Positions 14,324-28,710 of a DNA stretch of 64,000 bases are shown here, piece after piece. Position 1 is the stretch's first letter, and each line of letters opens with the position of its first letter. The notes beneath the pieces are model-generated. The model was not told where the DNA came from. It did not search any database and saw nothing but the letters and a program-made list of their open reading frames with translations. Made by a program: the position numbers and the translations under genes. Source of the DNA: Flaccisagitta enflata (taxonomy: Eukaryota); assembly GCA_965153355.1 (NCBI GenBank), contig OZ231126.1:33170001-33234000 (forward strand), given 5' to 3'.

Positions 14324-14593
14324 AAATATGGTGACCATTGCAGATGGAGGAAAATGAGGGATGGTGGTTGGGCACTACATGGATGGTTTTAGAGGCCGGT
14401 GTCCGTGTGGAAATGTCTATTCGACAATATTTTTTACTCTCCATATATCTACCACATGCACATCGGCATTAAAATGTTTTTAACGTGCGCCTACACGCGC
14501 GCATGGGTAATAAATGAACGCGTGCACCGACGTCGTCATAGTCCTGAACCAGTGTGTGCAACTGAGGGTTCGTGTTTAATGGATATCCATCCG

Positions 14594-15408
14594 TTTTTGG
14601 GCAGAGATTCCGAGGGAGACGAAGTCCTGTAGAGCACAGGGGGACTTTCGTTCGTCCGTCCATTTGTGCATGCATCTTCCCCCTCTTCCCCCGCCCGAAT
14701 CTCAAATCAGACCTCTCAGGCCCCAAATCAGCTCACTCTGGCCTCAAGTTAGCCTTCCCAGGTATCAAATCAGCTCTCTTAGCTCTCATATCAGTTCTTT
14801 CAGGCCCCGAATTAGCCCTCTCCCGTCTCAAATAAATCCTCTCTGCTCCGGGATCAGTCTGACTGGGTCTCAATCTGAGTCAGAAGGATCTTATTTCATT
14901 TGAGACTCTCAAATAAGACCTGACAGACCTCAGTTCAGTCCTTTCAGGCCTCAGCCGTCTCACAGCCCCAATCTGCCCTCTACTCTGTTATCAGCCTCGC
15001 CAGATTTCACATCAGCCCTCCGAACTCAGGCCTGATATTGGCCTATACTACCTCTAGCGTTTCCAGGCCTCAGACTCCAAATCAGCCAAGCCCGACCGCA
15101 AGTCAGCCCTTGCAGGTTTGATATTTGTCTCCTCAGGCCTGAACCATGCTTCTTAGGCTTCGAAACAGCTTTTTCAAGCTTTAAAACAGCCTTCACACCA
15201 TCATGGGCTTAAAGCCCTTTCTTTATCAGTCCTTATCAGCCCCTCTTAACTTCCTCAGGCAGGAAGAAATAGGGTCCTCCTTTGTTCTACTGTACAGGAC
15301 TTCATCCCCTTTGGAACCGCTGCCCTGCTTCCTGTCACTCACAAACACAATCATTCATATTAGGGTAACGGGTATTGGTGACCGCATATTGACCATGGGC
15401 AACTGGTT
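14594..15408 (+). mobile_element. HINE-B, diverged copy
   Basis: tttttgggcag...gacgaagtcctgtagagcacagggggact; decayed 21-bp array; inverted end near 15280-15325; tail gggtaacgggtattggtgacc... Confidence 0.72.
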
Positions 15409-16090
15409 GAATGCCGCTTCGCGCGCGCCATTTTGGATTTTGCATTCAAGTAACGGCCTAGCAAATGAAAGGGCAAAGCCGTGAGCGTGCTTGTGTTTAC
15501 ATGTGCTTTCATTCCCGTCTGCTCGTTCTCGCACTGTCTAGCGCACCGTGTCCCAGATGCCAACTTCGTCTCGAGCACATGTGCGCGTTTTTTCCTCGTT
15601 TTTCGGTTCGATGACGAATTTTGAATCGAAAGATCCAAGATATCAAAGATAAAAATCCGCTAGGTTGTCATTTCTCCTCTTCACGCTTTTGGTATTTTTC
15701 CGGACCGGTGATAGACGAGATCGGGGGGGGGGGGGTTAGAGAAAGAGAGGTGACATAGGATGCTAATGGTGGAGCTGCTTGTGTTAGAATGGTGACATTA
15801 GTTGTAAGAGGGAAAGAGGGTATCATCGGAACTGATGAGAAATGCAAATGGAGTTAAATTGGTTAAGCGGAGGAAGGATTCGGTAGAGATTATGAGAACG
15901 GAAAGGTTTCGTAAGCTAGCTATGGTGTTTTTGAAAAAGGCATTATTACAATGGGATTGATAGTTGAAGATATTAAGTATCGGAGGAGGTAATGAAGATG
16001 GTAAGCCACCGGGTGGTGTAGTTGCGAAAGCGATAGTTATTATGGGGGTGAATATCGGAAGAGCCAAAGAAGTTGACTGTAACGCAGATA

Positions 16091-16861
16091 CAGGGTGTAC
16101 CAACTCAGTTGTAACATAAAGAATCGATGTATCTCTGCTTCTAAAAAAGATAATGTAATTCTGAAAAAAAGTTTTAAAGAGCTTTTGAAAAACGATTTTT
16201 GCTCAATAAGAGGGAAATGATGGGAAGGTATTAACAGTCATGGAAAAATGGCTTGGAAGTACATGCTTTTTTTCAACCATTTTGCCATTTTTCATTGATC
16301 TCCTATGACAACTACTCTTTGTTTAGCTATTATCTGTAAATGATTTGATAAAACATGAAGAGTTGGACACAAATTAAAGGTATCCTGCATAGTGAAAGAG
16401 ATTTGATAGAAAAATTCACATTTTTTTGAAAAAAATAGCATGATATTTGTCAAATTCATGCCTTGGAAAATCGAGTTGTTTTTTTTAAATGTGGTTTTGA
16501 AGAAAGAAAAAAGAAAATCTTCAATATTTTGAGGATGTTTTTTTATGGGGCCAAAAACTACTGCAAAAATTCTTTAATTTGGGACCAATCTCAGGTCTCT
16601 AGCTCAATCCGTTTAGAAATGAGAGCTTCTCAAAGAAAAAGTGTCTATGAGCAATGTCAGCCAAAATTGCAAATTGAGAAATAGCTGCATTATTTCAGGT
16701 TGTGAATGTGTAAAATTCTTTTGTGGACGGAAAAATTTTATTAGCATGAGCAAAAATCGTTTTTTAAGAGCTCTTTGGAACTTTTTTTCAAAATGGGATT
16801 ATCTTCTTTAGAAACAGAGATACATCGATTCTTTATGTTACAACTGAGTTGGTACACCCTG
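16091..16861. mobile_element. Tc1/mariner-like MITE (CAGGGTGT ends)
   Basis: TA TSD at 16089-16090 and 16862-16863; ~60-bp near-perfect TIR cagggtgtaccaactcagttgtaacataaagaatcgatgtatctctg. Confidence 0.92.
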
Positions 16862-19059
16862 TAGTGATTAGGGAAAGAGAGAGAGGGTAAATGAAAATTC
16901 GGCTACTGATGATGAGTGTTGCGATTTTCAAACGGAGCAGCTCTCTATAGTACTAAACAACTAAACAAGTGACGCGGCGTTACAATATCGTTGCGGACGA
17001 GCGGGCAGCGGCGTCCAACCTCCATCCATACCTCATGCCCAACCCCCCTCCCCCCACACATAAAAAAAAGATTCAAAAGGCTCGTTTTCAACGTGGCTCA
17101 CGGACCAACGAACTGACGGACCAACGGACGGACTAAGCCTCTTGTAGAGTGTCTGCACAAGTGTCTGTCTGTCTGTCTCTCTGTTTGCCAGTCTGGAGTG
17201 TCTGTCTGGAGTTGTGTCTGCAACTAAGAATCAATTCAAAATGTCACAATAAGATAGTGAAATTGTTTATGAAGCACGTTCGTCCATCCAACTGTCTAAT
17301 TATACAAGTCTTCCTTGCCAGTTGCCAGTCACAATTCATGATCTCTCCTTCGCAATCATGACTCAAAGAACTCAAAATAAAACAAACTCAATGAAAATGA
17401 ATAACTCCGGTTTTCACTTTTTTATGGAGTTGGGAGGAAAGTCTTTTTTTTTTCTTTCGGCCGCTGTCACTTTAAATCGTTTTCCCGCCAAAAATAGGGT
17501 TTTAACCGAGAAAGAATAGAACCAAAAGAAGAGAAAGAAAGGAACGAAAAATATGAAAAAAGGCGGCCAAAATCATAAAGAAACTGTGAAGGTCAAAAAT
17601 TGGGCAGAGTCGTGGAAGAAATTGATGGTTCATCTGGCTGCATGGGGCAGACGCACATTTGAGCGCGCATTTTCTTTCTTTTATTTCGGACAAGTTTCTG
17701 TGTATGACGGCATGCCTGGACACTGCTTGTCAGTTGTCGTTGGCGTGCACTCGATTCTTTAAGTCAATTAATGGGCCCGTCGGTGCAAACCTTTTTTTTT
17801 CGTTTTTGGTATTCTCATTGACACTACCTCAGATTCTACAAAACTGCTGAATTACTCTTTCCTAGTTTTTTTAAAGTCGCGTGCTTGTGAATTTATGCCA
17901 CGTTACGTGGGTTCGTTCGGTTATTCAATCAGTTCTCTCATTCATAACACTCGTGCGTTGGGAAGGCGGGTTTTGCATCAATACCCCTGCCCAAAATGCT
18001 TGATTAGCCTATTGCATCACAAAGCTACCCGCACGAGACTTGGGTATAAGTGAGTATCAGGCCTTGTTTTTCTTTCAAACCGAAAACGAGATCAGAGAGA
18101 TTCACAAAAACCACACACATACAAACACTTAAATGAAACTCACATACACACACAATCGCGTACGATGGAATCTTTTGTCCCGTTCATTTTTTTGCCCTAA
18201 ATGTTTATTTGCATTACTCCTTATATGCCGACTTCTGTCCGCTTTTCCCTATTCTTCTTTTCTCCCTTTCCGTGCCGTGATCTTTTTTTCTTCTTCTATT
18301 TCATTAATTTCCACAAAGGGTTAACATCACGAAGCTTAGAAAGGCGCGCGAAAAGTGGGACGACCTGAGGGCTGTAAACAATCTTCATCCACCTTTAACT
18401 CTTCCCCCCCCCATCACCGAAAAAGAGGTGGAGGTGGATAAAACCATGGCAATAAAGTATCAGAGAATAGAAAAAAATGAAATGAGAAAAAAAAGTAGCG
18501 CCAAAAACGATCTATAACTAAAAAAAAGAAACTTAAAACACGTATTAAAAAAAGAAACTTATAACACGTATTACCTTCATTGCCCTTTTTTTCATTTGTC
18601 ATGGATTTACAACTTGCCGTGGACGCCAGTTCCCATTACGTTAACGATGGAACAATGAAAAGTCGTAAATGGCCAATCAAAAAACTCAGAAAGAATAAAT
18701 GTTAGACATTATAACTATATGATAATGGCCAATCGTTATCGAGTAGGTTGTGTAAAATGACAAGTAAAGTATGATATTCTATGGAAAGTATGATATTTCA
18801 AAATGTCTACGTTGTAGACCGGCAAATCGCAATTTTCATACATAAGAAAAAACACATACTAACTTTATAGACAGATTTACATTCAATGTCCTTGTGCCAA
18901 GCGTTGACATTCCTTATAACATAGTTAAAAGTCTTTGTCCACGTACTTCTAGAGAGCGTCCTCGTTAATCACCGCTTTTTTTCGCTGCGGCCATCGTTGA
19001 CATCGCTGCAAGATCAGATTTGTAACTATCAGCGATCAAATTCTTTTCTCTTTCTACGC

Positions 19060-19222
<163 letters not shown>

Positions 19223-19274
19223 CAAATATCAAAGCTTTGCGTAATTATTTTACGTTAATGACATTTTTGTTGTA

Positions 19275-19451
19275 CAGTTGAACCCCGCTCAAACGGATTT
19301 CAGGGGACTAATGATTTTTTTCTGTTATAGGCGGACTTCTGTTATTGCTAACAAAGGAAATAAAAGAAATTAAGTTGAAGGGACTATGAATTTGCATCTG
19401 TTATAGGCGGAATTTTGTTGGTGGCGGGTCCGTTGGAGTGGGGTTCAACTG
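19275..19451. mobile_element. 177-bp pogo/Tigger-like MITE
   Basis: TA TSD; cagttgaaccccgctcaaacgga / tccgttggagtggggttcaactg; internal tctgttataggcgga direct repeats. Confidence 0.88.
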
Positions 19452-19757
19452 TACGTGGATGACGAAGGCAAAACACTACTCTCATGTAAATTGTGATAGT
19501 GGAAACGGACATTTATCATCTCATCTAATCGCTTAACTTCGGTTGTCAACCACTCATCTCCCGAAGATTTTTTTTTCTTTTTTTTTTTTTTTTTGAAAGG
19601 GCTGTTTTGCAAGATTTCTGAATCCGCCAACACGCAATACGCAACTCACGAAAAAAGTAATCCGGTCCGTTAACTGTTTAGGATTACATACCACCATCAG
19701 GCTAGGTTGAAACTAATGATAGTGAAGATAAAATACTACAATTCTGCGTCTTTCATC

Positions 19758-20612
<855 letters not shown>

Positions 20613-21438
20613 CTTTCATCAAATCATTTCTCTAACGAAATTGTCCAGCAAAGCTGAACCATGAGCCACCTATGATTATCGCGTCATTGATGAAGAATTG
20701 TCATTTGACTCCATGAAAACAATGATCAATATGAGGTTGAGCGGTAGTTTTTGCTTTACGTATACTTAGTAATCAAGAGAGAGTGAAAATTGTTTCTTTT
20801 TTTGTGCATCGCAGTGTTGCAACATTTACATCGGCTGGTTGCAGTGACCATGACCTGGTACTTAGTTTACCACACCCAGCAAACTTCCCTGCACCACCAC
20901 GCAAAGTGTCACTCCAGGCGTCGGCGGCGTTATCAGCATCAGCAACTTGGAAGTCATTAATGCCACACCACTCGCGAGATCCTGTCCAAAGAATGTGCCA
21001 TTGAGTTTCTTCGGGATTTTGCTTCATTTACACTCGCTAAATATAACTGTCAAGTTCCATCAATACTCTTGCCGGATCGGCACCAGACCCACTATGTTAT
21101 TTAACAAGAAAGGGGGAAAAACGGTTCCGTTTTCTTTTTTACGCATGGCTTCTACATGATTCTGTATGTGTAAAAGTGAATGTATGTGCGAATATGCGGT
21201 GCAAAGGCGTTTTTTCTTGTATTTGTGTGTGCCTGTGTATTAGTCGGTGTGACGAGTGTGATTTCGAGTGTTTGTCTGTTTATACTGATAGGTATGCACA
21301 ACGGTGCGCTACTGTGTTACTTAGAGATGAGAGTGACGCGGCTTTTCAATCAACACCGATTTTTGGCGATTTTCCATCATCACCACCGTTTTTTCCGTTT
21401 TTTCGAGTGATTTCCTAGCTGCAGTTATTTCCTATTAC

Positions 21439-22179
21439 CAGGCCTTAATTTAGTGATTCTGTTTAGCCTGCACGCCGGGCACGCTCCTCAGTATTTCAGC
21501 GTGCCTGACAGAGGATGAGTGTGCCTGGCTTTCAACCTCTCTACTTCATTCACACTGAACTCTTTCATACAATGATACAAACATACATAATAAAAGCGAT
21601 TTCTCTAGGACTTGTGCATTCAAAAAATTCAAAAAATTAACATTAAACACAAATTCGTCATGTTGATAATTTTCTTTATGTTTTATCCACAGATATAGGA
21701 AATTTTGAACTCTCCTTTGAGAATAAATGAACAAATGAATCAATTCACAAATGAACAAATAAATGAGTCAAAGAATCCAAGATCCATGATCCATTCATTT
21801 GATTAAGTTCTTAATTCAAAAGATTCAAGAGATTCAATTCCATTTTCATAAAATGAAGAGAAATAAATAAACCAGTCAATGGAAAAATGAATGAGTCAAT
21901 GGAAAATAAATTAGTGAATGAAAGAAGAAATCCATGAATGAAAAAATGAATGATCAATGAATGAATGATTGAATGAATGAATGTATGGATGAACAAATCA
22001 AAGATTTAAATGAATCAATGATCTATCTTTTAGCAATCAAATAGAAAATGTTAATCTTAATAAAAGTCAGTTAGCATGATATGATGAGTGCCAGCCGGGC
22101 ACGCCATCAGCAAAAACAACATTCCCAACAGTAGAACAGAGTGCCTTGGGCATGCGGGCACGCTCTAAATTAAGGCCTG
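21439..22179. mobile_element. hAT-type non-autonomous element
   Basis: TIR caggccttaatttag / ctaaattaaggcctg; TSD cctattac / tctattac (7 of 8). Confidence 0.88.
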
Positions 22180-22473
22180 TCTATTACGAAGTATGAAAAT
22201 ATATGATGAAAAATGAATTACGTATATTATAGTTTTATCTGAATTAAGTAAGCACTAATGTAGACAAAAATTGTGTGCCAAATTGTTTTTTTTTCTTATT
22301 TAAAGCTCTAGGTAAGATGAAAATAACATTCTAACATTGGCATAAGCATGACATAAAGAAAAGTTGGCTCTTATTTAGTGCACCATTCTTAGACAGCATC
22401 TTTTTTCCTCAACTATGATGTTGTGATGAGTTAGCATATGATTACAAATTAAAGAAGAGGATAGTTTTTTTTA

Positions 22474-22622
22474 TTTTTAATCGTGTGCACGCGACTCTAC
22501 AACCCACTCTGTCCGTCTGTCCGTCTGTCTGTCGGTCTGTCGGTGACACTTAGCTTCACTTAGCTTTTTCGCCGCTCCTGCCCACCCGCACGCGACTTTG
22601 GCTCGTGTATACGGCCTTGTTC
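22474..22622 (+). mobile_element. HINE-A short copy
   Basis: tttttaatcgtgtgcacgcgact...(GTCY)n...gcacgcgact...ggctcgtgtatacggccttgtt. Confidence 0.82.
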
Positions 22623-22721
22623 TTGTACTTTTAAAAACTGTATGTGCCATCTAAATTTTTTTCACAATGCTCCTAAAAAGACGAAAATACAGAGACCTTA
22701 CTCACAAAGTCTGACTCTGAG

Positions 22722-23686
22722 CAGGCCTGAGCTATATAGCATTTTTGTCAACTATACAATACCAATACAATACTTTCAAGTATTGGGGCAATACAATACA
22801 ATACCAATACAATACAATATCCATTAAAATTGTATACAATACATTATCATAGCATACAATACAATACAATATATATATGATTTTACATAGTTTTGATAAT
22901 AAGTAATAAGTAGTAATATATATTAGATGATATACTATATACTATTTACTATATACTGTATACTATATACTATAATTTAAAAAAAATAAAATAATTTTGA
23001 TTATCATATGAATATTTTGTTATATAAGAATGGCTAAAAAAAATTCATATTTTTTTTCATTTTGATAAAAATTTTATTTCATTTTTTGTTATTCTGTCTT
23101 TATCCCTAGTATTTTTTTTTCTACACTTATATATTTGTTTCTTTCTTTGTCTAGATCTGATTCTGTCTTTTTTATTTTTTGTTTGTTTGTTTGTTTGTTT
23201 GTGTTTTTTATTATCTTTCCCTGTCTCTCTCTCTCCCTCCTGTAGATTCTTTATTTTCTTCCTCTTCCTTCTTTTCATCCTTCCAGCTTTTAACCACTGA
23301 TTATTTCTTTCATAGATTTTTTATTCCTCTTCTTTTTCTTTATATATACTTCCAACCCACCTAATCTGTCATAAGTTCTTCCTCTTCCTCTTTTCATCCC
23401 TCACCCAGTTCTACTTTCAGCCAATCCTCCTCTTTTCTTTTTATCTTTCAGCTTCTCCACTTCTTTTGTTCTCCCTCAGACCTAGGAATGCTTTTCCTCT
23501 TCCTCTTCATCTGCTTCAGTCTTCCTCTTATATATTTCACTTTCCTCAGATCAGCTTTTTTGTAATATTGTATAGTATTGTATTGTATTAGTAAAATAAC
23601 AAAATAGACTACATGTATTGGGAAAACCCAATACACAAGAATATTGTAAACCCAATACCAATACCCAATACAATCGCTCAGGCCTG
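22722..23686. mobile_element. hAT-type element, relative of 19758-20612 (CAATA repeats)
   Basis: Perfect 8-bp TSD actctgag (22714-22721, 23687-23694); TIR caggcctgagc / gctcaggcctg. Confidence 0.92.
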
Positions 23687-23770
23687 ACTCTGAGATGGCA
23701 TCATTGACACTATGGTCAAATGAGTGACTTATGCTTTTAAAACGAAAAAAAAAAATATGCTTTTAAAACG

Positions 23771-24186
23771 AAACAAGGCCAACACCTATAAGTCGCGTGC
23801 GAGACTTACAGACAAAGAGTGACTTAGAATGACTTAGAATGACTTTCAATGACTTAGAATGACCTAAAATGACCAAAATTGACTTAAAATGACTAAAAAA
23901 AACAAAAAACCAAAAATAACTTAAAATAACTTAAAATGACTTAAGATGACTTAAAATGACTTAAAATGACTTAGACTGACTCAAAATGACTTATAATAAC
24001 TAAAAATGACTTAAAATGACTTAAAATGACCTAAGAGTTGACATTATAGTACAAAAAAGTAAAGTGTGACGGACGACAGACGGACCGACGGACGGACGGA
24101 CGGACGGACCGACGGACGGACGGACCGACGGACGGACGGACCGACAAAGCGGGTTGTAGAGTCATGTGTACGTCTGACTAAAAAAA
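23771..24186 (-). mobile_element. HINE-A copy with a central 10-bp array (AAAATGACTT)n
   Basis: aacaaggccaacacctataagtcgcg, about 20 decamers, (GACG)n, gactaaaaa; sister copy at about 52930-53255. Confidence 0.78.
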
Positions 24187-24233
24187 GGTATCTTTTCTCT
24201 CTCTACTCTCTCTCTCTCTCTCTTGTCTCCTCT

Positions 24234-24320
<87 letters not shown>

Positions 24321-24535
24321 CTGCCTTCTTCCTCTTCTTCTAATTCATCATTTCTTTTTTTTTTTTTCATTCTTGTTAATGAAAATGGAATTGTTGCTTA
24401 CAATGAATATAAGAGGATGATACAAGTCAACGATGTTGTTGGCTTATCTCATGTTAGGTAAAACACAGAGGCGTTGAGTAAAGCTGGTATCAGGTACTGT
24501 TTCATGGTCACCAAAGCAACCTCAGAATTGTGGAT

Positions 24536-25295
24536 TTTTTTGTCCCCGACGAACAGTTTTTGTCGATGGACTATGAGGTGGACCTGATGTGTAGTCTTTT
24601 ACTCTGTTACTCTTTAACTCTAATACTTTAAAACCCTCTCATATCTTTTGAACCAGACTTCAGATTTTTATGAAACCTTGCTGGTGTTGTTTATAGGTCA
24701 ATAGGAGCTTGTGTACCAATTTTCAAAAAAATTCATAAACTTTTACTACCCTTTGCCTATTATTTTTGTAGTAATGTTTAACTGGGACTTAGGCGGTTTA
24801 CATAGGTAGAGGGTAGTAAAAGTATGGGAATTTTTTCTAATTTGGTATACAAGTAGAGAGTGGTAAACAAACAATCCCTGCAAAATTCGAACTAGATCTG
24901 AAGTCTGGTTTATAAGATATTAGCTTATTAATGTAGTAATATGTTACTAGGACTTAGGCAGTTTACATAGGCAAAGGGTAGTATAGTTATGTGAATTTTT
25001 TTCTGATTTGGTATACAAGTAGAGGGTAGTAAAAAAACAACCCCTGCAAAATTCGAATTAAATCTGAAGTCTGGTTTATGACATATTGCCTTATTAATGT
25101 AGTAATATGTTACTAGGACTCTGGCAGTTTACACAGGCAAAGGGTAGTAAAGTTATGTGAATTTTTTTTTGATTTGGTATGCAAGTAAAGGATATTAATT
25201 GAACAGCCTCAGCAAAATTTGAATAAGATCTGAAGTCTGGTTTAAAAGATATTAGCTTATTAATGTAGATGTATGTTACTAGGACTTTGGCAATT
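24536..25295 (+). repeat. ~166-bp tandem array (three-plus units and one inverted partial), probably the core of a Helentron-type element
   Basis: gtagtaatatgttactaggact recurs at 24768, 24933, 25099 and 25265; inverted unit at about 24640-24760; T-run start tttttgtccccgacgaa. Confidence 0.8.
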
Positions 25296-25301
25296 TATAT
25301 A

Positions 25302-25379
<78 letters not shown>

Positions 25380-26143
25380 CAGGCCTCTTTTTAGAGCGAG
25401 ACCGCGAGCCCGTGGCTCTCTATTTTGCAGTCGGGCTCTCTGATTTTGCTGGTTCTGAGCCCGGCTGGCTCTCTCAAAATTGAAACCATTTTTGAACTCA
25501 AATCGATTGGAAGATTTTTGTAAAATCATGAGAAGAAATCCCAATTCATAAGTTATGAGTGACTAAAATGAACTTCTACTATAGTCACCTTGTCAAATGT
25601 AGAATTGATCAACAAGTAAAGCATCTCCTTTTTCATGTAATATTATCATTATTTTGATGGTTTAAAAAAAAGGGTTAGCATGTGATGATCTTTGCTTTCT
25701 TTAAAACCTACTTATTTCTAATTTGAGAGAGAGGAAAAATTATCATTGAAAGATGAGTGTCATGAAGCTCTCACATTTTTAAAAAATAGAGCAAAATTTG
25801 CATGTTTGCACGCTACTCTGTAACCCACTATGTTGGGCGGTCTGTCCATCTGTTGGTCTGTCCGTCGGTTGGTTGGTCCATTCATTAGTCCATCTGTTGC
25901 TCTAGTGATCGGTGACATTGTTTTTTTTTCTCATTGTGCATTTAAAGGTGATGTCAATGTCACTTCTCATGCCCAAATGTTTTCTAGCAAATCTCCTCAC
26001 TACCCCTGACCGCCCACACACAATTTATGTAGCCTTCCATCCAGCATTGTTTTTTTGCCGGGCTCGCTGTTTTTCCGTCGGGCTCTGTAAAATTGTGAGG
26101 AGAGAGCCCGGTTGGCTCTCCCAAAAAATTCACTAAAAAAGGC

Positions 26144-26146
<3 letters not shown>
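25380..26146. mobile_element. hAT-type element flanked by (TA)n on both sides; contains a decayed HINE at about 25800-26055
   Basis: TIR caggcctctttttag / ctaaaaaaggcctg; gagccc/ggctc sub-terminal motifs; both flanks read (ta)n-tttg. Confidence 0.82.
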
Positions 26147-26215
<69 letters not shown>

Positions 26216-26534
26216 GACTTTTGCTTGAATAAGCTAGTCTTTCATTCTTCTCCAAATTTACATGGATGAACTCATTCTCCTTATACTGGATCGTTTATGA
26301 AGTTTAAGGCTCTTTAATGACAATGTTTATCGTCCTTTTTCGTCTTAGTATATTGTTTTATACATTTTATACTAATTTTCTCATTTTTTATGCTGTTACA
26401 GACGTCTCTTGATGAGCTAAATAGTGAAACGCGTCAGATGTTCTGCATTTTTCACTTTCATGACTAAATTCGTTATCATGCATCTTTCTTTCCCATTAAA
26501 ACTCACGCAATTTTGAAAATTGTCTTCATTTTTT

Positions 26535-26631
<97 letters not shown>

Positions 26632-26714
26632 ATTGGAGTTAATAAATTTTTTTACTTGCTCATTCATTACATTCTGATTTCTTTTCTTTAGGTTTGCCAT
26701 CATGGATTTCCAGA

Positions 26715-27089
26715 TTCATCTTCAGCTACTGTCATCATCTTCAGCTACTGTCATTATCTTCAGCTATTGTCATCATCTTCAGCTACTGTCATCATCTTCA
26801 GCTACTGTCATCATCTTCAACTGTTGTCATCATCTTCAACTACTGCCATCATCTTCAACTACTGTCATCATCTTCAACTACTGTCATCATCTTCAACTAC
26901 TGTCATCATCTTCAACTACTGTCATCATCTTCAGCTTCTGTCATCATCTTCAGTTATTGTCATCATCTTCAGCTATTGTCATCATCTTCAACTACTGTCA
27001 TCATCTTTAACTACTGTCATCATCTTTAACCACTGTCATCATCTTTAACTACTGTCATCATCTTTAACTACTGTCATCATCTTTAACTA
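26715..27089. repeat. 19-bp minisatellite (CTACTGTCATCATCTTCAA), about 19 copies; last unit displaced to 27989-28008
   Basis: Seen directly; gives a 19-aa periodicity in all three ORF frames. Confidence 0.96.
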
Positions 27090-27662
27090 CAGCCCTGTCC
27101 CTTGATGACGGCCCCATGGGGACCCTTCAAATTTGTCCCTTATCGCGGGGCATCGTTATCATGAAAAACTATTTGACTAGCGGATTGATGCTACCGTAGC
27201 ATCCACTATTTCTTGATTTAATTGGTGTCTGCATGTTTCTTCATTTTTTAATAGATAAGTGTTAATAATTTAGATAATTGATAAAAAGTATGCATAGTGG
27301 TGTGCAATATCATATATATATAAATATTTTGCAAATTTGATTACTACTTTATATCTGCACACAAGGTAAACATTGCATGATAGTGGGTTGATGAAAAGCC
27401 AAAGGTTTTTTGAGAAGATGTGCCTTTAGGAAAGTCAGGTAGGCAAAAGAATCATCTGTGATATTCTTTATTGAACAAAAAAATTGAAGCTCACAGGTTT
27501 TTTGCAACGCCTCTTATCACTCATTCTGACTTGACAATGTGTGTGTGTAAAATTCAATAAGTTCTTTGATTATTCATGCTAAATTTAACAAAAACATTCC
27601 CTTCTCGCACAATGGTAACAAGAAGAAATGATTTGACCTGTCAAATGCTCCACTCCTTAATT

Positions 27663-27757
<95 letters not shown>

Positions 27758-27988
27758 CTCTCTCTTTTTCTCATTGGTGGATCAGTCAGTTTTCCGCTAT
27801 CAAAGAGTTTAGGGTCATTTGGGCCCAAAATATTTGACCTATATAGGCGAGTCACCGCTAAATGCGTGTCCGTTATCTAGGGGTAATTTAGCATTACAAA
27901 AGGCCTGAAAAAATTTGGGACTGCAGCTTGTTGTACAGTATTGGCGGGTCACCGCTAACGGCGTTGTCAAGGAAGCGGGGTTCCACTG
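27090..27988. mobile_element. pogo-like element inserted in the TA of the 19-bp minisatellite
   Basis: ...ctttaacTA|cagccctgtcc ... ggggttccactg|TActgtcatcatcttcaac; the TIRs are only partly matched. Confidence 0.8.
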
Positions 27989-28710
27989 TACTGTCATCAT
28001 CTTCAACTTTGAAAAAAAAATTTGAAAATTTTTTGGAAAATTTTTCAAAAAGAATTTTTTCCATTAAATTTAAAAGTTTCATCAGTTCATAATGAGACCG
28101 CTGCAAGAGCTTAAATGAAGGAGCTACCCACAACAATTGGGAATTTTTTTAGTTGCAACAATGTACGATTTTTATTTGAAGAAAAAATAGAAAAACTTCA
28201 AGATTGATTTCCCCGTCGGCTTTTGGCTTTGGCTTTCTTATTTCTGTGAAGCGTCCGTGTTAACTGTTTTAATTCTCTCAAAAATGAGTAAGACGTCTAT
28301 ATTTTGGAGGGAAAAAGAGGGCCTATAACGCGCCGATTAGAATCATCTCCAATGTTTGGAAATTTTTTTTATTTTTTTTTTTTTTGAAATTTTTTTTTTC
28401 AGATTTTTTTTTTCTTTTTCTTTTTTTGTCGTGTCCTCTCCTGTTGCGCGACGAAAAAGCTTAAATAATTGCAGTCCCCAGTCGGGGACTGCAATTTTGA
28501 AGCTTTTTCCCTTGAGATTTGATTATGGGCAAAATTGTCCTAGCACGCGTATATTCGTGAGCATCACAGCATGTAATACAAATAAGAAAAAAACAGTCTA
28601 TGGAAAAGAGAAAAACGGTGAAAAACCAAAAATCTTAATCACTGAATCAGTGAAAATTGGCAATCACTCCACCGTTTTTTCGGTTGGTGAATCACCGAAT
28701 CTCAAGCCTA

